Positions 41,981 through 60,300 of a stretch of 64,000 nucleotides of DNA are shown here, piece after piece. Under the pieces are notes generated by a model that was not told where the DNA came from, ran no database searches, and saw only the letters and a list, made by a program, of their open reading frames with translations. The translations under genes were made by a program, and so were the position numbers. The stretch lies in NCBI RefSeq assembly GCF_001899305.1, contig NZ_MKWL01000020.1. One strand, written 5' to 3'. The first letter of the stretch is position 1; each line of letters opens with the position of its first letter. Source of the DNA: Thiobacillus sp. 0-1251. GTDB taxonomy: Bacteria; Pseudomonadota; Gammaproteobacteria; Burkholderiales; Thiobacillaceae.

Positions 41981-42757
41981 TCAGGATAGCCGCAAGCGCG
42001 CGGCGATCTCCTCCACCGACATGCGGGTGGTATCGACAATGGGAAGCATGCGGCGTTTGAAGAGCGCCTCGGCGGCGGCAAGCTCCGTGCGGCATTGCGC
42101 CAGGCTGGCGTAGCGGCTGTCCGGGTAACGCGCCTGGCGGATGGCGGCAAGGCGCTCGGGCGACAGGGTGAGGCCGCGCAGCCTGGGTAGATGGGCTTTC
42201 AGGCAGGCAGGCAGGTCGTCCTGTTCGAGGTCGTCCGGCGTAAGCGGATAGTTGGCCGCGCGCAGGCCATATTGCAGGGCCAGATAAAGCGCGGTGGGGG
42301 TTTTGCCGACACGCGAGACGCCGACCAGGATCAGGTCGGCCTGGTCGAGGCGTTCGGGATTGAGGCCGTCGTCCAGATTGAGTGCAAAGTTGACGGCATC
42401 CATACGCGCTTCATAGTCGGATGCCATACCGTGGGTGTGGCCGCCGCTGGGGGTGGCAGTCTGGCCGAGCGCCGATTCGACAGCAGGCGCAATCAGGTCG
42501 AATACGTCGAACAGGCTGAGCCCGGCCTGACGAAACGGCAGGCGGAGCGTAGGATCGGTCAGGGTGGAGAAGGTCAGCGCACGAGGGGTCATGGCGATGC
42601 GTGCAGCGGTGGCCTGGGCTTTCTCCGCGCTGTCGACGAAGGGTAGCGTAATCAGGCTAAACTCGAGATGAGGAAACTGCGCCAATACGCTTTTGGCGAC
42701 GGACTCGACCGTCACCCCGGTGTGGTCGGACACGCAGAATATGCTGTAACCGTTCAT
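41981..42757 (-). CDS. ppsR: PEP synthase regulatory kinase/pyrophosphorylase
   Basis: [27 protein letters not shown] and AANYPL motifs; AGGTG SD before ATG 42757. Confidence 0.93.
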   Translation of the reverse strand: MNGYSIFCVSDHTGVTVESVAKSVLAQFPHLEFSLITLPFVDSAEKAQATAARIAMTPRALTFSTLTDPTLRLPFRQAGLSLFDVFDLIAPAVESALGQTATPSGGHTHGMASDYEARMDAVNFALNLDDGLNPERLDQADLILVGVSRVGKTPTALYLALQYGLRAANYPLTPDDLEQDDLPACLKAHLPRLRGLTLSPERLAAIRQARYPDSRYASLAQCRTELAAAEALFKRRMLPIVDTTRMSVEEIAARLRLS

Positions 42758-42768
42758 GGAGTTCACCT

Positions 42769-45108
42769 ATGTCTACAGACTATATTGTGCCGCTGGATGC
42801 CCTGTCGATGGCGGATGTGCCGCTGGTGGGCGGCAAGAATGCGTCGCTCGGCGAAATGATCCGCCATCTGTCCGGCGCGGGGGTCAAGGTACCGGGCGGC
42901 TTCGCCACCACTTCCCAGGCGTTCTGGGACTTTCTCGACCATAACGGCCTGCGCGCACGCATCGACGCGCGGCTGGCGCCGCTTGACGTCGCGGACGTGA
43001 CGGCCTTGGCTCAGGCGGGGGCGGAGATCCGTGCATGGATAGAAGCGGCCAGCCTGCCGCCTGCGCTGGAAACCGGGTTGCGCACTGCGTACGCGGGGCT
43101 CGGCGACACGGTATCGGTGGCGGTGCGCTCGTCGGCCACGGCCGAGGACCTGCCCGACGCCTCGTTCGCCGGCCAGCAGGAAACTTATCTGCACGTGCGC
43201 GGCGCGGACGACGTGCTCACGTACGTGAAGAAGGTGTTTGCCTCGCTCTACAACGACCGCGCGATCGCCTATCGCGTGCACCACGGCTTCGCCCACGCCG
43301 GCGTGGCGCTGTCTGCCGGCATCCAGCGCATGGTGCGCTCCGACATCGCCTGTTCCGGCGTGCTGTTCACGCTGGATACGGAGTCCGGATTTCGCGACGT
43401 GGTGTTCATCACCGCAGCCTATGGTCTGGGCGAGACGGTGGTGCAGGGATCGGTGAATCCGGACGAGTACTACGTGCACAAGCCGATGCTGGCGCAGGGC
43501 TTCCCCGCGGTGGTGCGGCGCGAGCTGGGTGAAAAAGCCACCCGCATGGTGTGGCGCGACGGCACGACCGTGATCGAGGACACGCCGCCCGAACTGCGGC
43601 GACAGTTCGCCCTGAACGACGCCGAGGTGCTGGAACTGGCCCGCCAGGCGATGCAGATCGAGCGGCACTACGGACGGCCGATGGACGTGGAATGGGCGAA
43701 GGACGGCGAGACCGGCGAACTGTTCATCGTGCAGGCGCGTCCGGAAACCGTGAAGGCGCGCACTGCCGGCAGCACCGAGCGCTATGTGCTGAAGGGCATC
43801 GGCGAGGTGCGCATCAGCGGCCGCGCCATCGGCCAGAAGATCGGTGCCGGCATTGTCCGGGTAATCGCCAGTCCGGCTGAAATGAACCATGTGCAGCCGG
43901 GCGACATTCTGGTCACCGACATGACCGACCCCGACTGGGAGCCGGTGATGAAGCGTGCCGCAGCCATCGTCACCAACCGTGGCGGGCGTACCTGCCATGC
44001 CGCCATCGTCGCGCGCGAACTGGGCATCCCCGCTGTGGTCGGTGCCGGCAACGCGACCACGGTGCTGAAGGATGGCGAACTGGTGACCGTGTCGTGCGCC
44101 GAAGGCGACACCGGCAAAGTCTACGCGGGCAGACTGGCGTTCGAGGTGGAGACGCTGGCCAGCGAAACGCTGCCCGAACCGCCGGTCAAGCTGATGATGA
44201 ACGTCGGCAATCCCGAGCGTGCGTTCGAGTTTGCGCAAATCCCCAATCACGGTGTCGGGCTCGCGCGGCTGGAATTCATCATCGCCCGCATGATCGGTGT
44301 GCATCCGCTGGCGCTGCTCGACTATGCCGGCCAGACGCCGGCGTTGCGCGACGAGATCGACCAGCGTACCGCGGGCTATGTCGACCCGGTGTCGTTCTAT
44401 GTCGACAAACTCGCCGAAGGCATCGCCACCCTGGCGGCCGCCTTCTGGCCGCAGCCGGTGATCGTGCGGTTGTCCGATTTCAAGTCCAACGAATACGCCA
44501 ATCTGGTGGGCGGCGAGCGCTACGAACCGAAGGAGGAAAACCCCATGCTGGGGTTGCGCGGCGCGGCGCGCTACGTGTCGACGATGTTCCGTCCGGCGTT
44601 CGAGCTGGAATGCCGGGCGTTGAAGAAGGTGCGCGAGACGCTGGGTTTTTCCAATGTCGAGGTGATGATCCCCTTCGTACGCACGGTGGAGGAATGCGCG
44701 GCGGTGGCCGGGCTGTTGGCCGATAACGGCCTCAAGCGCGGCGATCATGGCCTGCGGCTGATCATGATGTGCGAGATCCCCTCCAACGTGCTGCTGGCCG
44801 AGGACTTCCTGCACTATGTCGACGGTTTCTCCATCGGCAGCAACGATCTTACCCAGCTCACCCTCGGTATCGACCGCGATTCCGGCCTGGTGGCTGGCGG
44901 TTTCGACGAGCGCAATCCGGCGGTGAAGAAATTGCTGGCCGAAGCCATCGCGGTCTGTAGGCGGCAGGGCAAATACGTCGGCATCTGCGGCCAGGGGCCG
45001 AGTGACCATCCCGATCTGGCCGACTGGCTGGTCGACCAGGGAATCGGCTCGATTTCGCTCAACCCGGACACGGTGGTAGCGACCTGGCGTCGGCTGGCAA
45101 GTCATTGA
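42769..45108 (+). CDS. ppsA: Phosphoenolpyruvate synthase
   Basis: [22 protein letters not shown] (phospho-His) and [10 protein letters not shown] motifs. Confidence 0.97.
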   Translation: MSTDYIVPLDALSMADVPLVGGKNASLGEMIRHLSGAGVKVPGGFATTSQAFWDFLDHNGLRARIDARLAPLDVADVTALAQAGAEIRAWIEAASLPPALETGLRTAYAGLGDTVSVAVRSSATAEDLPDASFAGQQETYLHVRGADDVLTYVKKVFASLYNDRAIAYRVHHGFAHAGVALSAGIQRMVRSDIACSGVLFTLDTESGFRDVVFITAAYGLGETVVQGSVNPDEYYVHKPMLAQGFPAVVRRELGEKATRMVWRDGTTVIEDTPPELRRQFALNDAEVLELARQAMQIERHYGRPMDVEWAKDGETGELFIVQARPETVKARTAGSTERYVLKGIGEVRISGRAIGQKIGAGIVRVIASPAEMNHVQPGDILVTDMTDPDWEPVMKRAAAIVTNRGGRTCHAAIVARELGIPAVVGAGNATTVLKDGELVTVSCAEGDTGKVYAGRLAFEVETLASETLPEPPVKLMMNVGNPERAFEFAQIPNHGVGLARLEFIIARMIGVHPLALLDYAGQTPALRDEIDQRTAGYVDPVSFYVDKLAEGIATLAAAFWPQPVIVRLSDFKSNEYANLVGGERYEPKEENPMLGLRGAARYVSTMFRPAFELECRALKKVRETLGFSNVEVMIPFVRTVEECAAVAGLLADNGLKRGDHGLRLIMMCEIPSNVLLAEDFLHYVDGFSIGSNDLTQLTLGIDRDSGLVAGGFDERNPAVKKLLAEAIAVCRRQGKYVGICGQGPSDHPDLADWLVDQGIGSISLNPDTVVATWRRLASH

Positions 45109-45147
45109 TTTCGCCGCGTCATTGAGCCGTCACCGGCGATGGAGTAG

Positions 45148-52572
<7,425 letters not shown>

Positions 52573-52597
52573 ACCAAGGGACTTTCAAGGAAGAGAT

Positions 52598-53467
52598 ATG
52601 CAACAAGTCAAAAAAGCCGTATTTCCCGTTGCCGGCCTCGGCACGCGTTTTCTGCCGGCCACCAAGGCCAGCCCCAAGGAAATGCTGCCCATCGTCGACA
52701 AGCCGTTGATCCAGTATGCGGTCGAGGAAGCGATGGATGCCGGCATCACCGACATCATCTTCATCAGCAGCCGCACCAAGCGCACGGTCGAAGACCACTT
52801 CGACAAGGCCTACGAACTGGAAACCGAACTGGCCGCGCGCGGCAAGAATCGCGATCTGGAACTGGTGCAGTCGATCCGCCCGGCCGGCGTCAATTTCATC
52901 TACATCCGCCAGGCCGAAGCGTTGGGGCTCGGCCATGCCGTACTGTGCGCGCAGCCGGTGATCGGCAACGAACCTTTCGCCGTCATTCTCGCCGACGACC
53001 TGATCGACGGTAGGCCGGCAGTGATGAAGCAGATGGTCGATCAGTACGGTTATTACCAGTGCTCGGTGCTCGGCGTACAGCAGGTCGCGCCCGAGGAAAC
53101 CGCGTCCTACGGGATTGTCGACGCCAGCCCCATGGCCGAACGCGTGTCGCGGGTGAACGCCATCGTCGAGAAACCCAAGCCGCAAGACGCGCCATCCAAC
53201 CTTGGCGTGGTCGGCCGTTACATCCTCACGCCGCGCATCTTCCACCACATCCAGCATCTCACGCCGGGTGCCGGCGGCGAACTGCAGCTCACCGATGCCA
53301 TCGCCGCCTTGCTGAAGGAACAGCAGGTATTGGCCTATGCCTTCGACGGTGTCCGCTACGACTGCGGCAGCAAGCTGGGCTATCTGCAGGCCACGGTGGA
53401 ATATGCGTTAAAGCACAGCGAAGTCGGCGAGGATTTCGACGCCTACCTCAAGTCGCGCATTTGCTGA
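52598..53467 (+). CDS. galU: UTP--glucose-1-phosphate uridylyltransferase
   Basis: [12 protein letters not shown] and VEKP motifs. Confidence 0.98.
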   Translation: MQQVKKAVFPVAGLGTRFLPATKASPKEMLPIVDKPLIQYAVEEAMDAGITDIIFISSRTKRTVEDHFDKAYELETELAARGKNRDLELVQSIRPAGVNFIYIRQAEALGLGHAVLCAQPVIGNEPFAVILADDLIDGRPAVMKQMVDQYGYYQCSVLGVQQVAPEETASYGIVDASPMAERVSRVNAIVEKPKPQDAPSNLGVVGRYILTPRIFHHIQHLTPGAGGELQLTDAIAALLKEQQVLAYAFDGVRYDCGSKLGYLQATVEYALKHSEVGEDFDAYLKSRIC

Positions 53468-53494
53468 TATCCGGGTTCAGTCGCCCGGATCGCA

Positions 53495-53962
53495 CTACAG
53501 TCCCAAATCACTCAAGCCGGGATGGTCGTCCGGGCGGCGGCCGAGTGGCCAGAAAAACTGGCGGTCGGATTCCTTGATGGGCAGGTCGTTGATGCTGGCG
53601 AAGCGGCGCATCATGTAGCCGTGCTCGTTGAATTCCCAGTTCTCGTTGCCATACGAGCGGTACCATTGTCCGGAATCGTCATGCCATTCGTAGGCGAAGC
53701 GCACGGCGATGCGGTTGCCGGTACAGGCCCACAATTCCTTGATCAGCCGGTAATCCAGTTCGCGGGCCCATTTGCGTTCGAGAAACCGGCGGACCTCCTC
53801 GCGTCCGACCGGGAACTCGGCACGATTCCGCCAGCGGGTATCTTCGGTGTAGACCAGCGCAACGCGTTCGGGGTCGCGTGAATTCCAGGCATCTTCGGCC
53901 ATGCGTACCTTCCTGGCGGCGGTTTCCTCGGTAAAGGGGGGCAATGGCGGTTTGCTTTCCAT
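53495..53962 (-). CDS. DUF1348 / SnoaL-NTF2-like protein
   Basis: PLPPFT...[14 protein letters not shown]...[10 protein letters not shown]; AAGGAG SD. Confidence 0.88.
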   Translation of the reverse strand: MESKPPLPPFTEETAARKVRMAEDAWNSRDPERVALVYTEDTRWRNRAEFPVGREEVRRFLERKWARELDYRLIKELWACTGNRIAVRFAYEWHDDSGQWYRSYGNENWEFNEHGYMMRRFASINDLPIKESDRQFFWPLGRRPDDHPGLSDLGL

Positions 53963-53981
53963 GTCGGCTCCTTGGCGTGAT

Positions 53982-53999
53982 GTAGACAGATCTGTCTAC
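53982..53999. promoter_or_regulatory. Operator 1: perfect 18-bp palindrome GTAGACAGATCTGTCTAC
   Basis: Read directly between the divergent DUF1348 and tetR genes. Confidence 0.85.
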
Positions 54000-54019
54000 G
54001 TTCGGTGCAGTCTAGGTCA

Positions 54020-54039
54020 TGTAGACGGATCTGTCTACA
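54020..54039. promoter_or_regulatory. Operator 2: TGTAGACGGATCTGTCTACA, overlapping the predicted DUF1348 -35 and tetR -10
   Basis: One mismatch from a perfect palindrome. Minus strand TAGACA (54032-37)-17 nt-TAGACT (54009-14); plus strand TACAAT (54036-41). Confidence 0.8.
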
Positions 54040-54047
54040 ATGAACGC

Positions 54048-54614
54048 ATGAACACCCAGGCCGATCGGAACGACGCGCTGCCCAGTGCGCGCGAGCGCAT
54101 CCTGTACACCGCGCACGAACTTTTCTACCGGGATGGCGTGCGCGCCACCGGCATCGATCGCGTCATTGCCGAATCCGGCGTGACCAAGGTCACGTTCTAC
54201 CGGCACTTTCCAAGCAAGAACGATCTGATTCATGCCTATTTGGCGTTTCGGCATACGCGCTGGATGGCCTGGTTCACCGATGCGCTGGCACGTCACGGTG
54301 GCGGGGCTGGCGCGATCGTGCCAGCTGTCGAGGAATGGTTTCGCGACGCGCGTTACCGCGGCTGCGCCTTCATCAACAGCGTCGGGGAACTGGGCGGCAC
54401 GCTGCCGGACGTCATCGAGATTGCGTACAGCCACAAACAGGACATGACCGCAGCGATTGCCGCCGTGCTGCCCAAGTCAAGGCAGCGCGCACAGATCGCA
54501 CAGGCCGTGGCGCTGGCGATCGATGGTGCGATCGTGCGGGCGCAATTCGATCCCTCGCCTGATGCAGCACTGGCCGCGCTGCGCAGGATCATCAACGCGC
54601 TGTTGAAGGCGTAG
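54048..54614 (+). CDS. TetR/AcrR family transcriptional regulator
   Basis: RERIL...GIDRVIAESGVTKVTFYRHFPSK HTH; GCAFIN motif. Confidence 0.93.
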   Translation: MNTQADRNDALPSARERILYTAHELFYRDGVRATGIDRVIAESGVTKVTFYRHFPSKNDLIHAYLAFRHTRWMAWFTDALARHGGGAGAIVPAVEEWFRDARYRGCAFINSVGELGGTLPDVIEIAYSHKQDMTAAIAAVLPKSRQRAQIAQAVALAIDGAIVRAQFDPSPDAALAALRRIINALLKA

Positions 54615-56028
54615 CGGTGTCCATATCGCAGCCGTGCAGCCATACGGCGGCTTCGAGCGCGTCGCCTGCCGCCAAGCCTTGACCCAGCAGCGCCGCCACC
54701 ATGCCGGTGAGCCGATCGCCCGAACCGGCCTGGGCGAGCCAGGGACCGCCCGTGGTGTTGATGGCATAGCGGCCGTCGGGATGGGCGATCACGGTGCCTG
54801 CCCCTTTCAGTGCAATTTCTGCGTGATAGGTTCGGCTCAGCGTGCGGGCCGCCTCGATACGATTCGCCTGTATTTCCATCCCGCTCACGCCGAGCAGGCG
54901 AGCGGCTTCTCCGGGATGTGGGGTGAGCAGCGTGGGATGGGTGCGACGGGCCGCTTGTTTGGCCAGTTCGGGATCGTCGGCCAACAGGTTCAGGGCATCG
55001 GCATCCAGTACCAGTGGGCAGGGGGCCGGAAGTGCGGCTTCCAACAGGATATGCGCGCGCGCGCCCCGGCCCAGTCCGGGGCCGATCGCCAGGACATTCA
55101 ATTGCACGGCCGCCGCCAGATGCTCCGGACTGGCAAACATCAGTCGCGGCTCGCCGTAATCGACCGCAATGCGGTCATCCAGCACACCCAGGGTCACGCT
55201 GCCGGCACCTTGGAGCAGCGCCGCGCGGCCGGCGATCAGACAGGCGCCCACCATGCCACTGCTACCGCCGACGATGCCGACATGACCGAACTGGCCCTTG
55301 TGACTGTTTCTGGCGCGCGCGGGCAGATGGTGGCGTTCATCCAGTTGTGCCAGGGCGATCCCGGGCGTTCCCGGCATCGTGGCCGGATCGACGCCCAGCA
55401 TGTCGAGATGCAATGTGCCCGCATAGTCCGGTCCCTCGGCGGTAAGAAGACCGGGTTTGAGTCCGAGAAATGTCAGGGTGTGGTCTGCCCGCAGGGCGCA
55501 ACCGCGGATCCGGCCGCTGTCGCTATCGAGCCCGCTCGGCACATCCAGTGCCAGCTTGGGGCAGGCCAGCGCATTGGCCTGCGCAATCCAGCGCGCGTCC
55601 TCGCCGGCTACGTCGCGCGTCAGGCCGATGCCGAAGAGGCCGTCGATCAGGAGGCTGTAACGTTGCGACGACGGGAAGTGAGGCAGTACGGTCCCACCCT
55701 GTTGCAGCCAGGCATCCCGGGCACGCGCGGCATCCTGAGGCAGTCGGGTCGGGTCGGCACGGCTCGCGACGACGACGCGAAATCCTTGTGCCGCGAGGTG
55801 ACGTGCTGCGACCAGGGCATCTCCCCCGTTGTTGCCGGGCCCTGCCAGGATCAGGACGGGCTCGCCCGAATCGTCGGCCACTGTGCCAGCCCATTCGGCT
55901 GCCGTCGCCCCCGCTTTCTCCATCAGCGGGTCGTGGGGGTGTGCGGTTGCCCATATTCGCTCGCCGGCATGAATATCGGTCGCCATATAGAGAGCGGGAG
56001 TGACAGATGAACGCGGCGTGGTCGGCAT
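54592..56028 (-). CDS. nnr: Bifunctional NAD(P)H-hydrate epimerase/dehydratase
   Basis: GPGNNGGD, IDGLFGIG, LDVPSG, HKGQFG, DADAL, TPHPGE and AGSGD motifs. Start uncertain; 23-bp 3' overlap with tetR. Confidence 0.92.
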   Translation of the reverse strand: MPTTPRSSVTPALYMATDIHAGERIWATAHPHDPLMEKAGATAAEWAGTVADDSGEPVLILAGPGNNGGDALVAARHLAAQGFRVVVASRADPTRLPQDAARARDAWLQQGGTVLPHFPSSQRYSLLIDGLFGIGLTRDVAGEDARWIAQANALACPKLALDVPSGLDSDSGRIRGCALRADHTLTFLGLKPGLLTAEGPDYAGTLHLDMLGVDPATMPGTPGIALAQLDERHHLPARARNSHKGQFGHVGIVGGSSGMVGACLIAGRAALLQGAGSVTLGVLDDRIAVDYGEPRLMFASPEHLAAAVQLNVLAIGPGLGRGARAHILLEAALPAPCPLVLDADALNLLADDPELAKQAARRTHPTLLTPHPGEAARLLGVSGMEIQANRIEAARTLSRTYHAEIALKGAGTVIAHPDGRYAINTTGGPWLAQAGSGDRLTGMVAALLGQGLAAGDALEAAVWLHGCDMDTATPSTAR

Positions 56029-56228
56029 GGGGCAAGGCTCAATGGAGGGCGCTGCGGACATCATAATCCGGGCGGGGCGTATGGCGGTCGTCTTGGCAGA
56101 ACGGGCCCGCCACCAGCCGGGCCTGGGCGGGTGAATAGTCATAATTGACCCCACTCCGAACATTCATTTTCCCGGACGTTGGCCGCTAATGTGCAGCCGG
56201 CCATTGGGCCTGAATAAGGGAGACAAAC

Positions 56229-57026
56229 ATGCATCGACGTGGTTTTCTGGCAGGCCTGACATTGTTACCCGCATGGCCGCTCATGGCCTATGCCGGTGAT
56301 GGGACGCTGAGTATCGGGATCTACCCCGGGACCGGCAAGGCCGATGTGTTCATGGACGACTTCCGCACGGCGGCGATGCCATTTGCCCGGGCGCTTGGCG
56401 CTTCGCTGGGGTTGAAGCCCAACCTGACGCTGTTCCGCACGATCAAATCGACGCTTCGCTCGCTGGATCGAGGCCGGCTGGATTTGTATTTCGTGCCGCC
56501 GTCCGTTGCCGTGTCCGTCCTCGACCAGGATTATTCGCCCGTGGCTCGGGTGAAAGACCAGGCCACCGGTCTGCTGGTGCGCCGGAAAGGCGCCACGATC
56601 AAGACGGCGGCGCTGACCGAAAAGGAGTCCTGGCTTGACGTGATGGGCCGCTACACCATCAAGCGCAACAATGCGGGCACCCCCAAGATTCTGAATTTCA
56701 AAACGCAGGAAGATGTCTCCATCGCCCTGGAGCGGAATTACGCCCAGGCCGGCAGCCTGCGGAGCAAGGCCGCGAATGCGCTGCTGGAAAAAGGGGATTT
56801 CGAGGTGTGGTACGCCTTGCCGAACACGCCGGATTTCACGTTGCTGGCGAGTAATCGGCTGACTGCAGCCGAACAGGACAAACTAGGTGTCGCGGCCGTT
56901 GAGCTCAGGCAAGAGGCGGTCCAGTCCCTGCAAAAAACGATCCACAGCAAAGTGACGGGGTTCGTGATCGACAAGGAGGCGGATTACAAAACCATCAAAA
57001 CGGCAATCAAGGAGGCGGGATACTGA
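56229..57026 (+). CDS. Periplasmic substrate-binding protein (PhnD/SsuA/transferrin-like fold), Tat-type signal
   Basis: MHRRGFL twin-Arg motif and GGAG SD; overall resemblance to PhnD-like binding proteins. Confidence 0.6.
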   Translation: MHRRGFLAGLTLLPAWPLMAYAGDGTLSIGIYPGTGKADVFMDDFRTAAMPFARALGASLGLKPNLTLFRTIKSTLRSLDRGRLDLYFVPPSVAVSVLDQDYSPVARVKDQATGLLVRRKGATIKTAALTEKESWLDVMGRYTIKRNNAGTPKILNFKTQEDVSIALERNYAQAGSLRSKAANALLEKGDFEVWYALPNTPDFTLLASNRLTAAEQDKLGVAAVELRQEAVQSLQKTIHSKVTGFVIDKEADYKTIKTAIKEAGY

Positions 57027-57109
57027 TCGGTGAAGAAGGGGGCAGCTTTGCAAGCCGTTCCCGGGGGCCTAATATTCCGGGTATCCGCAGTTCACATAAC
57101 GGAGTGCGT

Positions 57110-57352
57110 ATGACGGTCCATCACCGCACACCATCAGGTGCGCCAGTCGCACAGTGTTCCGATGAAGATGCCTGCACGGTCATCAATTGTGAGGTCTGTT
57201 TGAAGGAAATCCCGCCAGATGCGGCCAAAGTGGCGGACGCGCAGGATTATGTCCATCATTTCTGCGGCCTCGAGTGTCTCGAAATCTGGCGGAAGCAGGC
57301 GGCCATTCGCCAACCGACCCATCCGGCGAAGCGTTCCGATCGGCTAAAATAG
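57110..57352 (+). CDS. DUF3330 family Cys-rich small protein
   Basis: CEVCLKEIP...[10 protein letters not shown] motif; GGAG SD. Confidence 0.8.
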   Translation: MTVHHRTPSGAPVAQCSDEDACTVINCEVCLKEIPPDAAKVADAQDYVHHFCGLECLEIWRKQAAIRQPTHPAKRSDRLK

Positions 57353-57380
57353 CGTCTTTGCCCTGTTTGCAAAGCCGCAC

Positions 57381-60300
57381 ATGTCTTCCACCGTATCGCT
57401 CCCCGGCAGTGACGCGCTGTCTTCCTTTCGGCTCGACAAAATTCGCCAGGAGGCAGCCCGTCTCGGGGTGGCACTGGGCGAGCTGAGCGCACGCTACTGG
57501 CATTTCCTTGAACTGGAAGCCGACCTGGATGCGGCAGCCAGGCAGCAACTGGCCAAAACGCTGGATTACGGTACCCCGACCGACCGACCTTCGGCCGATG
57601 ACGTGCAGGTTCTGGTCACGCCGCGCCCGGGCACGATTTCGCCCTGGTCGTCGAAGGCCACGGATATTCTCAGGAACAGTGGCCTCGTCCAGCTGCGCCG
57701 TATCGAGCGCGGCGTCGCCTATCGCCTGCGCGATCCGCAGGGCGCCGTGCTGACGGCCCAGGCGCTGGCGACATTGCTGCCGCTGCTGCACGACCGCATG
57801 ACGGAAGCCGTGATGAGCTCGCTGGACGCTGCGCACGCGCTGTTCCAGCATGTGCCGCCGCGCGAACTGACCACGGTCGACGTGATGGCGGGCGGGCGGG
57901 TGGCCCTGGAAGCGGCCAACCGCGCGCTGGGACTCGCCCTGTCGGACGACGAGGTCGAGTATCTGGTCGACAACTTCAGCCGCATCGGGCGCAACCCGAC
58001 CGACGTCGAACTGATGATGTTCGCGCAGGCCAATTCCGAGCATTGCCGACACAAGATCTTCAACGCCGCGTGGGTGATCGACGGCGAGGCGCAGGCGAAA
58101 TCACTGTTCGGCATGATCCGCGACACCCACGCTGCCCATCCGCAAGGTACGGTGGTGGCATATTCGGACAACTCCTCTGTCATCGAAGGCGCGACCATCG
58201 AGCGCTTCTACCCGCGTGCGGACGGCAGCTACGCCTACAGCAACGAACTCACCCACGTGCTGATGAAGGTCGAGACGCACAACCACCCGACCGCGATCTC
58301 GCCCTTTCCCGGCGCCGCGACCGGCAGCGGCGGCGAGATCCGCGACGAGGGCGCGACCGGCATCGGTTCCAAGCCCAAGGCGGGCCTGTGCGGCTTCTCG
58401 GTGTCCAACCTCAACATTCCCGGCCATGTGCAGCCGTGGGAAACGGGTGCCTACGGCAAGCCCGAGCGCATCGTCACCCCGCTCGCGATCATGCTCGAAG
58501 GCCCGATCGGCGCGGCGGCGTTCAACAACGAATTCGGTCGCCCCAACCTGGCAGGCTATTTCCGCACCTTCGAAGAGACCGTGGCCGGGCAGCGCCGCGG
58601 CTACCACAAGCCCATCATGCTGGCGGGCGGCGTCGGCAGCATCCGCGCCGACCACGTCGACAAGAAACTGCTGCCCACCGGCACGCTGCTGATTCAACTG
58701 GGCGGCCCTGGCATGCTGATCGGCCTCGGTGGCGGCGCCGCCTCGTCGATGGACACCGGCGCCAACGCGGCTGACCTCGACTTCGATTCGGTGCAGCGCG
58801 GCAACCCCGAAATGGAGCGGCGTGCGCAGGAAGTCATCGACCGCTGCTGGCAGCTCGGCGAGGCGAATCCGATCCTGTCGATCCACGACGTCGGCGCCGG
58901 CGGCCTGTCGAACGCGCTGCCCGAACTGGTGCACGGCGGCGGCAAAGGCGGCCGCTTCGAACTGCGTGCCGCGCCGTCGGAGGAATCCGGCATGTCGCCG
59001 CGCGAGATCTGGTGCAACGAGGCGCAGGAACGCTACGTCCTGGCGATCCCGCCAGGTCGCCTCGAAGAATTCCGCGCCATCTGCGAGCGCGAACGTTGTC
59101 CGTTCGCGGTGCTGGGCGAGGCCACGGAAGAAAACCATTTACTGGTGTCCGACAGCCACTTCAAGAATGCCCCGGTCGACGTGAGCCTGGATGTGATCCT
59201 TGGCAAGCCGCCCAAGATGACACGCGACGTCGTGCACCAGGCTGAGCTGCCGGCGCCCCTCGTGCTCGACGGCATCGACCTGAAGGACGCGGTCTATCGC
59301 GTGCTCGCGATGCCTGGGGTGGCGTCGAAGATGTTCCTCATTTCCATCGGCGACCGCAGCGTCGGCGGTCTTACCGCGCGCGACCAGTGCGTGGGGCCGT
59401 GGCAGGTCCCGGTCGCCGATTGCGCGATTACGCTGGCAGGGTATCGAACCACGCAGGGTGAGGCGTTTTCCATCGGTGAGAAGGCCCCCCTGGCGCTGAT
59501 CGACGCGCCGGCGTCGGGGCGTATGGCGATCGTCGAGGCGATCACCAACCTGGCTGCCGCGCGGGTCGAGGGCCTGGGCAGCGTGAAGCTGTCAGCCAAC
59601 TGGATGGCGCCAGCCGGCCACCCCGGCGAGGATGCGGCTTTGTTCGACACGGTTGCCGCGGTCTCGAATTATTGTCAGGCGCTGGGTGTGAGCATCCCGG
59701 TCGGCAAGGATTCGATGAGCATGAAGACCGTGTGGCAGGCCGACGGCGAGAAGAAGACGGTCACCTCGCCGATCTCGCTGGTGATTTCGGCGTTCGCCAC
59801 CACGCCCGATGCGACGCAACACCTGACGCCGCAGCTGCGTACCGACGCCGGCGATACCGATCTCGTGCTGATCGACCTGGGACTGGGCAAGCACCGTCTC
59901 GGCGGGTCGAGTTTTGCCCAAGCCTACAAGCAAGTCGGCGACCGTTGCCCGGATGCGCCGGTGGCCGCGACACTTGGTGCGTTCTTCGACACCGTGCAGA
60001 CGCTTAACGCCGGCGGTAAGTTGCTCGCCTACCACGACCGTTCGGATGGCGGCCTGTTCGCCGTTCTGTGCGAGATGGCGTTTGCCGGCCACTGCGGAGT
60101 GGAGGTGGATGTCGACGAACTGTGCTCGGAGAAGATCCGTCTCGATGCCGAGGACGAGGGCCTGCCGGAGCCGGACATGCAGGATCCGCGCGGCTATTCC
60201 GAACGAATTTTCAGCGTGCTGTTCAGCGAAGAAGCCGGCGCCGTGTTGCAGGTTCGCCGCAGCGACACTCAGGCGGTGATGCAGGCCTTCTTCGATGCAG

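Noticed and set aside
54592-54614. 23-bp convergent overlap of tetR and nnr
   Set aside because: Short 3' overlaps are common in compact genomes; both proteins look complete.
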